Assembly (NCBI GenBank): GCA_964199315.1
Contig: OZ116698.1
Coordinates: forward strand, 6,262,001 to 6,324,435
Origin: Orbicella franksi
Taxonomy: Eukaryota
DNA: 62,435 nt
Direction of reading: 5' to 3'
Numbering within the stretch: the stretch's first letter is position 1; every line of letters begins with the position of its first letter. The notes under the pieces are model-generated. The model had not been told where the DNA came from. It saw nothing but the letters and a program-made list of their open reading frames with translations, and did not search any database. Both the position numbers and the translations under genes were made by a program. This document shows positions 28,201 through 40,800 of this stretch, piece by piece.

Positions 28201-29696
28201 CGGAACTTCTTATTTCGATATGTAATATATAGGTTGGGGTTTTTTTTTTTCTTTTTCTTTTCTTTTTTTTTTTTTTTCTAAAAATGGGGGAAATGGCACG
28301 AGAGGAAGAATTAGGAGATTAAAACGGCGATACCGTTGGATTGCGTAAGGCTGAGGAGCTTTATAACAAGTTTTGTCAGACAGCCAAAATTAAAGCACTA
28401 GTGTTTATTTAAATACTTTGATTGCTGCGTTTTGTTTTATTATTATTATTATTATTTTTGTAGCAATACAAAACTGATCCATTGTAGATATCAAATATAA
28501 AGGTCATTCAAATGTGATACTTTTCTTTCTTTCATACAACACCGCCAAAAACAAAAGATCGAGTTGCCATCATTTCAATTTTACTAGAGTGTCTAAGTGG
28601 GGGGCATGATTTCAGTTGTCGGCTTCTAATTTGGGCCTTCTGACTTTTGTCGGCTACTGTCAGTTACATTTTTGGTTTATTTTTGGTGGGGTTAAGTCCG
28701 ATAAATTTGTTGGCCTCCTATTTGGAATGTTTGTCAGTGACAGTTATAAATACAAATGGTTCGCTGTACCATATATCCGTCAAAACCTTCCTAACGGTCC
28801 TGGAGAGACCATACAGGTTCTTAGCACAATTGATTGTCCTCTCTTAGGGATACGGGTTTCTACTTTAATGGGCTATGGTTAGAGAGTATGGATTTTGACG
28901 TGTTTTAGTCTGCAATATCTACTGAAATTGCGTCAATAGTTAGACAGATTTTGATGACTTCCAGAAGTGATGCTGCTGGACAAGGTAATATCAACTGCAT
29001 TAAATAACAAATATGTTAAGTGTAATCTTACTTTCTTACCTGATCGTTAAAATAAATTGTGAGCAAAAGACAAGCAGTTGCTTTGCACTTTCACACGCCT
29101 TTCGCAAACCTTCTTTTCTGATGGCTTCTGATGTTAGCACAGAATGCAGCAGTAGAGCGCAAATAGACAGACAAGCGGATTTACTCTTACACCTACGTTT
29201 GAGCCATTCGGAGGGTCTATGACGTCACCTTCAGTGAAGGTAGCGAGGTTACCTTTGCACGTTCTTGCATTCACGCGACCCTCTCTGCAAGGTTCACGAT
29301 ACCAGCTGGGAGAATGGTTCTTTCGTGTTGAGCAATCCAAAATGCCCCGTGGACGATAGCATCAAACGTAACGAACATTTTAACTGAGAGAGAAAACAGG
29401 GAAGGATTTACGAGAGACGAAAATAGCGTCTGGCGGAGTGAGAGCGCACTAGGCTAACGTATCGACAGCACCCAGCCCTCTGCGTTTTACAACTCCGACT
29501 TGACCGTTAGATGGCTGAAGCTTGTAATATCCAGCAAAAGCACCTTCAGTTAAAAGTGTTACAGATTTAAGTATGATTTATTCGAGGCCTGCTGGGTGAA
29601 AGTTTTATTTTTGTTATGGGAAATGTTGCCCATAGGAAAAGTTCAGTATCGGTTTCCAAAATAAAAAAAAAAGAGTAGAATAAATTCAAAAAGAAA

Positions 29697-29697
<1 letters not shown>

Positions 29698-29735
<38 letters not shown>
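29698..29735. repeat. (AAC)n microsatellite
   Basis: Seen directly. Confidence 0.9.
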
Positions 29736-29736
<1 letters not shown>

Positions 29737-30605
29737 AGGAATTTGAGTTCAGGGCAAAAAAGTTATTGAAAATAATAATTATTAGAACACTTCAGCCACT
29801 GCACCAGTGGACAGTTTGAACCAGCAGTGACTCACAAGTAGTCATTGTGGAATTCTTCAATTTGGAGAAAACGCCTTCAGCCCAGCTAATCGAGTTTTAG
29901 AGAGAGTGACAGATTCATTCAAACTTTATTTACGGAACTCCCCGAGCATATACTCTGAAATCCAACGCTTGTCAAATAGTCGACGATTTCACGTCAAAGA
30001 TTAAAAACTAGACAAAATGAAAGGACTACTTTAATTAATAGCACTCTTTGATTCACATACTGATGACTAAAACAAGACAGGCTGTCGAAAAAGATGAAAA
30101 AATGTCATCCCCTTTTAAGAAAGACCGCAGGATCAAATACAACCTAAATAGTGGTTTGTTATATCCGTATTGCCTAACTCTCCATGCGTTACGACATTTT
30201 TTTTTTTACAGCCGAGTTTAATCTATTTTAGTCAAATATTCTTGGTGTCTGTCAGTCGCTGTTTGAACTCAATGGCAGAACTAGGGGAGGAGCTAACAGG
30301 TTGAATTCGACTATTTCGACTGAATTCTACCATGTTCTGTCTGCGTTTGGCAAGTTCCCTAATTGTAATAAATGGTTTTGATGACTGGTTTTCTCATTCA
30401 AATGCCTCCATCTCAATTGAAATATAAATCCACTTATCGAATTTGCAGACTGAACATTGCTGAAATGTTTAGGGACTTAACACCTCAAATCTCTTTTTTC
30501 TGCATATGTCGCATAGCTTAACTGGCTAGCAAGAATGTATGGTGTAAAAACATTTTTCACTATACTTTGGAAAGAATTTGTTATGAGAACACAATCCCGT
30601 TCCTG

Positions 30606-30815
30606 GGGCCCGTTTCTCGAAAGCCCCGGAAACTTTTCGGGCCCGTAAAGCCATTCTTAGTTCTTCCGTATCTAAAAACGGAGAAGTGTATACCCCTGAA
30701 ACTTCTTGTAATGTTAAGAAAATGTGACTAAAACAGCTCTGTAATCGTAGGGTTCGAGATTTTACCGTGGCTTTCCGGGCCCGAAAAGTTTCCAGGGCTT
30801 TCGAGAAACGGGGCC
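30606..30815. mobile_element. PIF/Harbinger-type MITE
   Basis: About 45-bp imperfect TIRs (GGGCCCGTTTCTCGAAAGCCCCGGAAACTTTTCGGGCCCG...) with a 3-bp CTG target-site duplication. Confidence 0.75.
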
Positions 30816-31835
30816 CTGGACATACTAAAAAGTCCCTTTGCCTGCACTCCATTGAGAAATCTATTATTATGAGGCTGTCGTGACCACAATTATGTCTAGC
30901 CGGCCATGTTGCTAAACCGTTAATTAGGTGCTTAACAGAATTTCTAGCCAGCTTGTCATCATAAATACGAAGTTAAGGGATGAACCGTGACGGGTCAACA
31001 AAATAGTTGACTGCAACTATAATAAGAAAATCAAAAAAAGATTAATAGAACTATATCTTTAGGAAAAGAATGCAGGTAGTTTCAAGCAATTGTTGCTATT
31101 GTTGTTATTATTGTTTATCGTTTTATTTTGCTTTATGAGGTAGTATCGATGACGTATCTTTTTATTTTCTAGGAACGTGTAGCTTTAAAGGTATGATGTA
31201 AAAGGTTTAATTGGTTATTTATCCTATTTTTCAAAGCTGCTAAGGTTACATCCGAAGGGTAACATCTCACAACAATCTGTGAATTTTTTCTGAGCCACCT
31301 AGATGATCTATGATTAGTCGAGAGGAGGATCCCTAACGGTTTTATACGAAAAAAACGACCTCGCATCTCTAAACCCGTTTTGTTCGTTTTATTTTGATAC
31401 AAATGGTTCACAATTCTCCACTGTAGCTCTGCATTCGACCGGTTAGGTTCTCTGTGTTGGAAAGAAGTCACACGAGACTTCGCTACACTAATTTACTGTT
31501 AAAACTGTCATGGCGCTAGAAACCATTCAAAAACCAAGTACCTTCCTGGGCTACATTGTTCAGTGGCTGTTTATCAATCTTTGAGAGAGGGGGAAGGGAG
31601 AAGAATGTCTACACACCTTACCATGCCAACTGCATTATACAAGACAGATGTGCCAAGTTTTCTACATTTTAGACATAATTCTTGGTTGTAAGATTTTTAT
31701 CTTTAATGTTGTCACTATCGCGTTTTCGCTAACATGTCTATACATAGTGACAACAGACTTCACAAATCTCTACATTTTGCCATCGAGTCGTCCTGCCGTT
31801 AGCCTGGGCACAGTGGCATTAGTACAAAATACAAA

Positions 31836-34800
31836 TTATGAGCAAAAATCTGGTATTTTGACGATACGAATCTTGTTTAAATCACTCTTCCAAATTTCAT
31901 CGTTACTTTTTATGGTACAAACTGAATTTGATATTTGTTCTATTTTGCCCTCTCTAATTTGGCCTGGTGAAGTTGCATCCTCTCCAAGGACTAAGGTCCC
32001 TATAGCTAATTCATGGACGTTTGGTTTCTCATCTAGAATCACGTGTTCCATATTCATCATTATGCTCTTAGTTTTCCCGGGAAGAAAGACTTCCGGGTTG
32101 TACTCCACATCGATGTATTCTCCTACAAATCCACGCTGATATCTACCGTTTTCCTTGATAAGAACAGCAGAGCCTCGCATAATACAACCTAGAAAGAGTA
32201 AGAAATGCGATGAGCCTAGTGATCCTACCGTGTGTCAAGGCTTGACATATTAGAAACGAGGTTTAATAGTTTGTAAGGAAGGATTGATTGCTTAGGGGGA
32301 GGGGTTATGTATGTAACAGTGTGTACCCTCAAAGTATCTCAAATGTGAAAGCGAGTAGTCTTCCGATGTTGAAACTTCCACCACGTCCCCTAATTGCTTC
32401 CCCGCACTTCCATCAAAGTTGGTAAAGCGATCGTAGGATAAAGAAGGCCTTAGGGGCATATATACGAGGCTTTGTCTTTGTCAATAAATTATAGACTCTT
32501 ACCTTTGGGAATTCCACATCCATAGACTTCGGCTCTTAGACAAATCGATTCCTTTATATTTTTTAACACTTTGATTCGTACAGACTGAGCAATAAATGGA
32601 TGTATTGCTTTTATTTGTTCCTCTTCTTCACTATAAGGTGGCTGTCAGATAAAACCAAATACAAATATTAGAAGTGAAAATTCTGTTGAAATTTCTTTGC
32701 AGTGTCTTTAAAATGGATTGATTTTACAAAGATAACCAATTTGCAGCATTCGATTACAACTATCATTTGGCTCCATTTCTCTTCACTACTCCCTGCCTCT
32801 CCTTTTTCCTTCCTTCTTCTCTCTCTGTTGACGAATACGATACGCCAGGTCCTATATTGTAATAAAGTTGATGTGTTATATGCTATTCTCATTTATCGTG
32901 TTTATTTAACTATTACATAGAGCACGAGTCTGTGTTTAAGACTAATGACTAAGCCACGATGTTTAAACGTGTAAAAGTTCAAAAAGTCGGGAATGTTTAG
33001 TGCTGTTTTTCTATTTGTTCGCTTTTTTCTCGTGTATATTTATCTCGTTCTCATTTAAGAATTATATTGTTTCCGTTTTCTACAAATGATAAAGCAAGTT
33101 TCACCTTTTCATAATGGAAATCCAACCACGCTTTGAAAATTTGGCCTTTCAACACTATACTTTTGATCTTGTATTCGCTTTTGAGTTGAATTCTTGCTCC
33201 AGTAATCTTATATTTTTTGGGCAAGTTAATCTGAATAAAATCATCCTTTCCCCCCTCTGAGCACCAATAGTTGCCTCCACCAAGTCGGCCATTATGAGCT
33301 GGATGTTGAACTCTATGACTGGAAGCTTTGATGGATGCGTCTGGGACCTTTCTACTTTCCATTCCAAGAGGAAACCCTGTGCCACAATCTTAAATATTGA
33401 AATAACACTAATATGAGCCTCTAAAACTCCAGCACAAAGACATTAGAATGATAGCAGAATGATAACAGAATCAAAGCCAAATTAATCACACAGGGGCACG
33501 TAACCTAAGAGATCAATCAGAGGGCACATTATTGTACACAGGCGAGAAACGGATTAATTTGCAGGGATAGGCTAAAGAAAGAGTTTATATCGAATAATCC
33601 AATTGTAGAGCTCCGCAAGGACAAAGTCAGAGGAAACGTAAATATAAACGTACAAAAAGCAATGGACGGGAAAACGTAAAGATGGATGTGCAGATGGATC
33701 ACTGAATGCAAGTGCACGAAATCTGATAATTATCAATGGACTGGCTGACAAACGGTTTAAATGCGTTTAAAAGCGCAGATTCTTCTTTGAAATTAGACCA
33801 AAAATGTCCGTCTTGCAATGCTTGCTCTAACTTGGAATTCTAACTCAAATTCTAAATCAAAATTGTATGAAGTACGCTACTGAGCAGGGAGTAACGAAGC
33901 ACTGGGTCTGGACGCCTTTTATGACCAGGTACTTAAGTAAATAAATTCAAAAAAAAAAATCATATATTGGAGGGAAAAGAAAAGTATATTTAGTTATCAT
34001 TGGTTAATAAGTTACCTTGGCATGTTGGCAGTGCTTGATCCCACTGCCCATTGTTGCATTTTGCCTGAGAGGGACCTTGTAACAAGCGATCTCCCAAACA
34101 TTCAAACTCGACAACTGAGGTATGATTAAAAAGTCTTCCAATGGTTTGTCCATTTTCTGGATGACCGGGATCAGGGCAGGATGCTGTGAAACATGAAAAT
34201 GAATCAGAGTATGAAAAGATTATTACGTTTATATAAAAGAGCACCAGAATAAACATTCACAATTTGAAATAGGGTTGTCATGGTTATATGAACTTCCTTG
34301 AATAAAATCATGCCATCCCAAATAGCATACAGACAAATTTTCGACTAAATCGCAAAGTTTTTAAATCAAATATTGACAAAGTTGTAAATGGTTAAATTCA
34401 GGAAAGGACAGTCCACCCTTAGACTGATTTCCGGGATGAGAGGGGTTAAAACAAATTGCACAGTTGAAATTGTATTTATTACGAAAGGTTTACCTAAGCA
34501 CTTCGGTATTTCTCTATTCCAGTTCTTGCTTTTGAGACAAGTTAGTTTGCCGCTTCCCACCATGGTGTAGTTTTCACTGCACTTAAATCGCACGAATCCG
34601 CCGACAGTAAAGTTCTTTTTGACTTTCGATTGTCGTCCATGTGAAGGACTTCCTGGATCTTTACATGAAATAACTGAAAAGTAATTAATACAGTTTTATT
34701 AAAGTGGTGGTGCTCATACAACTAACCAATAGAAACCTTGCGATTACGCAATTCATGCATAGTCAATGAGCGTAAAACAAAAGATGTGCAGGGTCAAGGG

Positions 34801-37800
34801 CCTTCCAACATAAATCTTAACCTGTTTGTCTGCTTCTGTGATATTTACCGGCCTTCGTAACCATTTCCCTCTATTAACTATGGATAAACATGGTATCATT
34901 TTTAATAAAAACATAATTGCGGAATAGCCGAAGACATAAGGTGTTGTGAACCGGACCATGCTTGATTCTTCAGTTGAAGAATCTCCAAACATATTATACT
35001 TGATTGTAAGGAAAAGGCGAGTAAAAAATAGAAGCCTGGCTTAAAATGCAGCAAAATGCTTATGAGGGTGATAATCTAGGCTTTAAATAGCGAGGCGTAT
35101 TTTTATCGTATTTCGTCTTTTCATAGGATGTGCCTGTGAGAATTATAGCTAGATTGTAGTTGCACTCTGGCCTCAAATGCAAGCTAGGTTCATACATTGA
35201 CCTAGAAACAATATTTTGTTTCGATTTCGCTTTCTTTTAAAGTGCACAGCTTGTTAAATAGCTGTTTATTGCTACAGCACAATTAGCAGAACCATTTGCA
35301 TTCTAGATGTACATACCTTTACACAGGGGTTTTTTGCTTGTCCAGTCTCCATTGTTACAGCTGATGGTTGCTTCTCCTTCCAGTTCATAATCCTCGTTGC
35401 ATCTAAAGGTTACCGATTTAGCGTGTCTAAAGTCATCTCCGCTTCTGTTTCCATTGTCTGGCACTCCGGGATCAGGACATGGAGCTAAAATTGCATTATA
35501 TATTGAACATCAATACTTGGTCTTTTTAAGTGTTGTAAAAAACAAGCAATAAGTTAAAAGACGTCGGAGTGCAAGTTGTGCAGACCCCACCACCAAAACC
35601 GTTGTCTCTTTGAATTAAACTTGAGATTACCATATCTGTGCTAGCAAAGAGCTAAAGCTCAATCCAATCGCGTTTAATTGACCATATGCTAGGTATTGAA
35701 AATATAAATTCTATGGTTAAAAGTTTTCTAAAAATAAGCTTTCGGCTATCAGGCTACAGCTTCGACAAATAGTACGGAAGGTACGAATGTATTATGAGTG
35801 TTAAAAGTGTTAAAAGTGTTGATAAAAATGAGTCACTTACTCTGGTAACTTTTAACCAGATAGCCATTTTAGTTGTTTACATTACTTCTAACCCTGGTTA
35901 GTCATCCATTTGTACTTATATCCTAATGTCTTTAATTTTTGCGTGCCGGCAATGAAGCTTTACGGCGGATGATTCCTTCAACCCCATTAATGAACCCAAA
36001 GCAATCTAAGGTCCGTTTTGACTCACCCCAGCATTTTGGTGTTGGCGAACTCCAATCTTTCGTTTCTTCGCAAACGATCTCGCTTTTTCCTGACAGCGTG
36101 TAGTTATCTTTACAAGTAAATTTCACTGAACCACCATAGTTGTAACCATTTTTCACGTCAGCTTGTTGACCGTTTAGAGGAATACCTGGATCACCACAAC
36201 TTATGACTGTGAAGAGATAAGTTAGTAACATGGAGAGACTTGTACAAAAAGTCACTGACATGGCCTGTTGTCGTAGAAATGGCCACCTTCGATATTCATT
36301 CGCTTTCATCATAGGTACAATTTCGTGCACGTATTACGCTAGGTTGTAAATCACCGAAACTCGTAGCGTTATCATGACATTGGTACTGAGCACCAACGAG
36401 GGGCACCTTTACTCAGGTACAATAAAAGTTGACAATAAACGTTGATAGTTACTTGTGATAATACATTTGGTGGCTAGTCTAACATAGCGCTTTGATTCGC
36501 CCCGGCCAAGGTACTCTTCAGAGACATTTCTGCTTGGCAAACTCGCAATGCTCAACAAGTTTCCAAGCAGAAAGGTCCTTGGCTGGGACGAAACGAAAGG
36601 GCTGCATCAGACTAACCACGAACAATGTATTATCTCAATAAAAATTAACCTGTATGATGTCTTATGTTAAATGCAGATATTGATGAAAGAAAATAACACT
36701 TGTTAATATATAAATATATTTCCTACTTACTGTTACAAGATGTTGGAGATCCACTCCACAGCCCATTATTGCCACAAGTCCGGATCTCTGAGCCACTGAT
36801 CTCGTAACCTGTCTCCTTACACTTAAACCTGACGACGCCATCGACTTTCGTGTGGGTTTCGAGAATTTTTTCAGCCTTATCAGGGGTTGGTAGCACTCCA
36901 CAGTCAATTTCTTGGGGGGAAAAAGTAAGAGACAGAATTACACGTACAAATTTTATATTACAGAATTAGTTACTTGTAATTAGGAGTTACTCGTTTAACT
37001 AGCTTAAAATTACTATAATTTTGTGTAAAAATCTCTTTTAAGATACAACAAAAAACAAAATAAAATTGATTTTCTTGTAACTTTCAAAATAACAACATCA
37101 GCAGCAGCAGCGACAACAAAACACAGTAGAAATATTGTTTTTTGCAACTATAGGCAAAATGAAATAAATTCAAAACACACACGCAAAAAAATGAGGTTAG
37201 AATAGCCACGCTGACGACTCTATCACTTTGACCTTGAACGCTGTAAAGTAACATCGTCAATGTATTTACGTTCACAGGTTGGCGACCTCCCAGTCCATCT
37301 CTGGTTCGCTTGGCATTGCCGGTATTTGTCTCCGACCAGTTTGTAGCCATGATTACAATCAAAATCGACTCTGCTTTTGAAGGTAAAGATGTAAGACTTC
37401 AGCTTGCCGTTTTCAGGGATCCCAGGGTTTCCACAACTTTTTGCTGAGAAAGAAAATATATCAGTGTTCATCGTTCTTATTTTAGAGATATCTCTGAGGA
37501 CACCTTTATTCCCTGGCACGAGGTATGTGGAAGAACATTTTGCGCAGAAAACGAATCCCTGCGGCGAGACTTTATTTAACAATCGATATAAACCGCCTTA
37601 AACAATATTGAAGACATGTCTAACACACAAGTAATAAGTCTAGCTGGATTTGCAAGTTTGAATTTCATTAACTTCGCTCCCTTGTAACACAACGTTCTAC
37701 TACTACATTCAAATCACGACAAAGAAATTTGCGCTTTATAAATTGCAGGGTTCTAGGCAACTGCTTGCGATTGGTTCTTTACTCAAGCGCAACGTGTCAA

Positions 37801-40800
37801 TCCAGTGGCAGCCATTCAAACAGGGACACTACATGCATCTCAAACAGGTCGTGCTACGTCTCCAGAGCTTGAATTGTCAGAATCCCTCGGTTTGAAGGAG
37901 TTCTACATGAGATAAGTTTGTTTTGTTTCATATCACTGAAACCCTGTTCTAAACCACCTGACAAAGAGCTATAACTAAACACGTTTGACAAAATTAGTTT
38001 TAGACATACGTGAGCAAGTAAAAGAAGGGCCGGTCCATCCTTCCAAGCTACAACTCAGCAGTCCTATCCCTGTGGAGAAGTACCCACTCTTGCACCTGAG
38101 GAATACTTTTTCCGAGTACTTGTATGAAGATTGCTTAGATCCTCTTAGCTCAGAATTTTTCGGAAGTTCCGGAGGGCTACAAGATGGTACTGATTGAAAA
38201 GATCAAAAATTGAACGTTGTTTAAGCACCATTCTAGGAAAAGTCAGCAAATTTGGAGCTGACTGTTAAAAGATTTTAAAGTTAAAAAGGGTCAAAGATAT
38301 CCCCAGTTTAGTAAAGATCCCGAAAGATCAGACTCGTGGCGCAATTTATTCCATTCCCTGTCAAGGTTGTGACAAAAGCTACATCGGGGAAACGAAACGA
38401 AAATTTTCCACCCGGCTCAGGGAACATCAAAAAGCGGTTGTAAACAAACACTCGCACAAGTCAGCTTTAGCGGAACATTGTTCACACTCTGGCCACATAC
38501 ACCATCTCCTAGGAATCTTCAAAGATTTCACGTACAAGCACAAATTGGCGCAACAGACGTATTTCAGAAGCATGGGAAATGAACACTTGTAGGAATCCGC
38601 TGAACCGCGGTGATGGCATGCATTTGCCGCACGAATTCTTAAATTTAGCCCTGAGGGACAGGACATAATTAGCTCCGATTTGCTGATTTGCATAGTATAA
38701 GAACGTGCCTTTTTACAAATTCCTTGTCACTTTCCCCTAATGAAGGCTGAAGTTTTAGCCGAAAAGTTGGGACTTTTACAAAAGTTTTACTAACATTTTT
38801 ACATTTTTTTAAACCAATCATGGACCCCAAATTAAATTCATCCATGAAAGTAGGTTTTGTTACCCGATTTTTTTAACTGTCGAAGTAAACACACTTTTAT
38901 ATGGGTTTTGTAGTCATGATGGTTTTTAGTTACAAACTGAAGATGTGTGTTACCATCTTGGGTAACTCGCTTCCAAATCTGACAGCCAAATGCTTAGAAT
39001 TATGCGTTCAAAGCTGAACACGCACAATCACAATAGCTGCTAAGCTCTTTAAAGTACTCACATACGCATTTTGGCTTGGCTCGATTCCATTCTCCCGAAT
39101 TAGTGCAAGTAAGATATCTTGAGCCCTCCATCTTGTAACCTGGGAAACAGTTGTATTCCGCTCTATCTCCTACTGCTACATAATCCTCATCGAGATTTCG
39201 ACGGAATATCTGCTTATTTCCATTGCTAACACCTCCTGGGTCCTGGCAGATGATTTCTATTAAAGAAAAATAACATACTTGGTTGTTAAACTGCCAGAAA
39301 AGCACAATTCGAACGATTCTGCAATGAAGGAACTGCGACTTAAAATTGGCTTTGGGTTTCTTCCTAGCTGAGTTTCGTCGATCGCAGCTGTCTTAGCCTT
39401 GCAACGTTTACCTCTTCATACCAGGCGAAGGCGAAATTTTTTTTCAATTACATATATAATATAAATCATGACCAGTGTAAGATAAAGTTAGAGCCAAAAG
39501 ATTGATACTTACTGCAGGATGGTTCTGTTCCGTCCCACCTCCTTATTCCACGACAAGTCCGTTTCTTGGACCCAAGCAATGAGTAAGGTTTGTCGCATTG
39601 GTAACTGACAGTGGACGCAAACGTGGTGGAGGAATATTGTCGTCTGCCATTGTCTATTTCTGTTGGTTTTCCACAGTCTATGGCTATAAATTCAATAAAA
39701 ATATAACTAAGTTTTGTTTGGAATGAACTAGGCACTTTTAAAAGCTAATTATAAGAATGTGTTTGTAGGGAAGTGGTTAGAAAACCAGACTGGTATTGGG
39801 TTATGAGTTCGACCTCCGTCGGGAATTCAGATTTTTTCTTCTACCCATCACCAAACTTAAAATTCACCATCGTTCATTATTTATCTGCGCGCAGGACGTT
39901 GTGCAAGCTGCTGATCCCAGCACTTTACAGGATGCTTGTCACATTTGAACCCAGTGGATTTATGTAGGTCGTAGTAGCTCCGTAGTTAGAGCGTCCGATC
40001 AGCATCCGGGACGTCATAGGTAGGAATTATGACGGGAACTTTGTCTCTCTCCGGATCCCGTGCTCGCGAAAGGCTGAAAATTCCCCCTACACGCGCAACG
40101 CACGAATTCAGAAATACAAACCTTTCGGAAGACAGCTGTAACCACAGTCCCCATCACAAACGCATTCCTTATCTTTACTACAACTGCCTGAATCTGGATT
40201 ACATGACTTTCTGCAGTACCGGAAAGCTTGTTTATTAGTTCTCTTGCATGTGCAGCTTGGCTTTACTTTGTCCCAAACTCCGGTTCTTGTGCATGTTAAG
40301 GTGTTGCTCCCTTCCATTGTGAAACCTGGGAAGCAACTGTATTTTACCTTTTTTCCAGATTCGAAGCCATCGTGAGATTTTTTTCCGTGTTGGATGTTGC
40401 CTGGGTCTGTACAGATCAGCTCTAAAAGACAAAAAAAAAATTACTCATTTTTTGGCAGCGGAAATTTTTACCTTTGTTTGATGTTTGAAAGAACCATTGA
40501 AAGAACGAAGGAATGAAATGAAAGTTTAAAATGTGAATGTAATTACTACTTTGAAAAAAATTATACTAAACTGTAATAAATTTCGCACACTATATACTTA
40601 CTGCAGGTTGGCTTTTCCCCATCCCATTGACCGTTTCCTCTGCAAGTTCTCTTCTTGGAGCCAAAAGCTATATATGGAGAGGTGCACCGATATCTTGCAA
40701 CCGAGCCAAGCGTGTCGTTTTTGTAACGGACCCGCCCGTTGTCTATAGTTAGTCTTGGGCAATGTAGATCTGGAATAGTCGAAAACGACGTCCTTTTTTT

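Noticed and set aside
29220-29227. Perfect CRE palindrome TGACGTCA near a strong minus-strand donor at about 29040 (possible gene A promoter or UTR exon)
   Set aside because: An 8-mer is expected by chance at roughly this frequency in 62 kb; no coding exon supports it.
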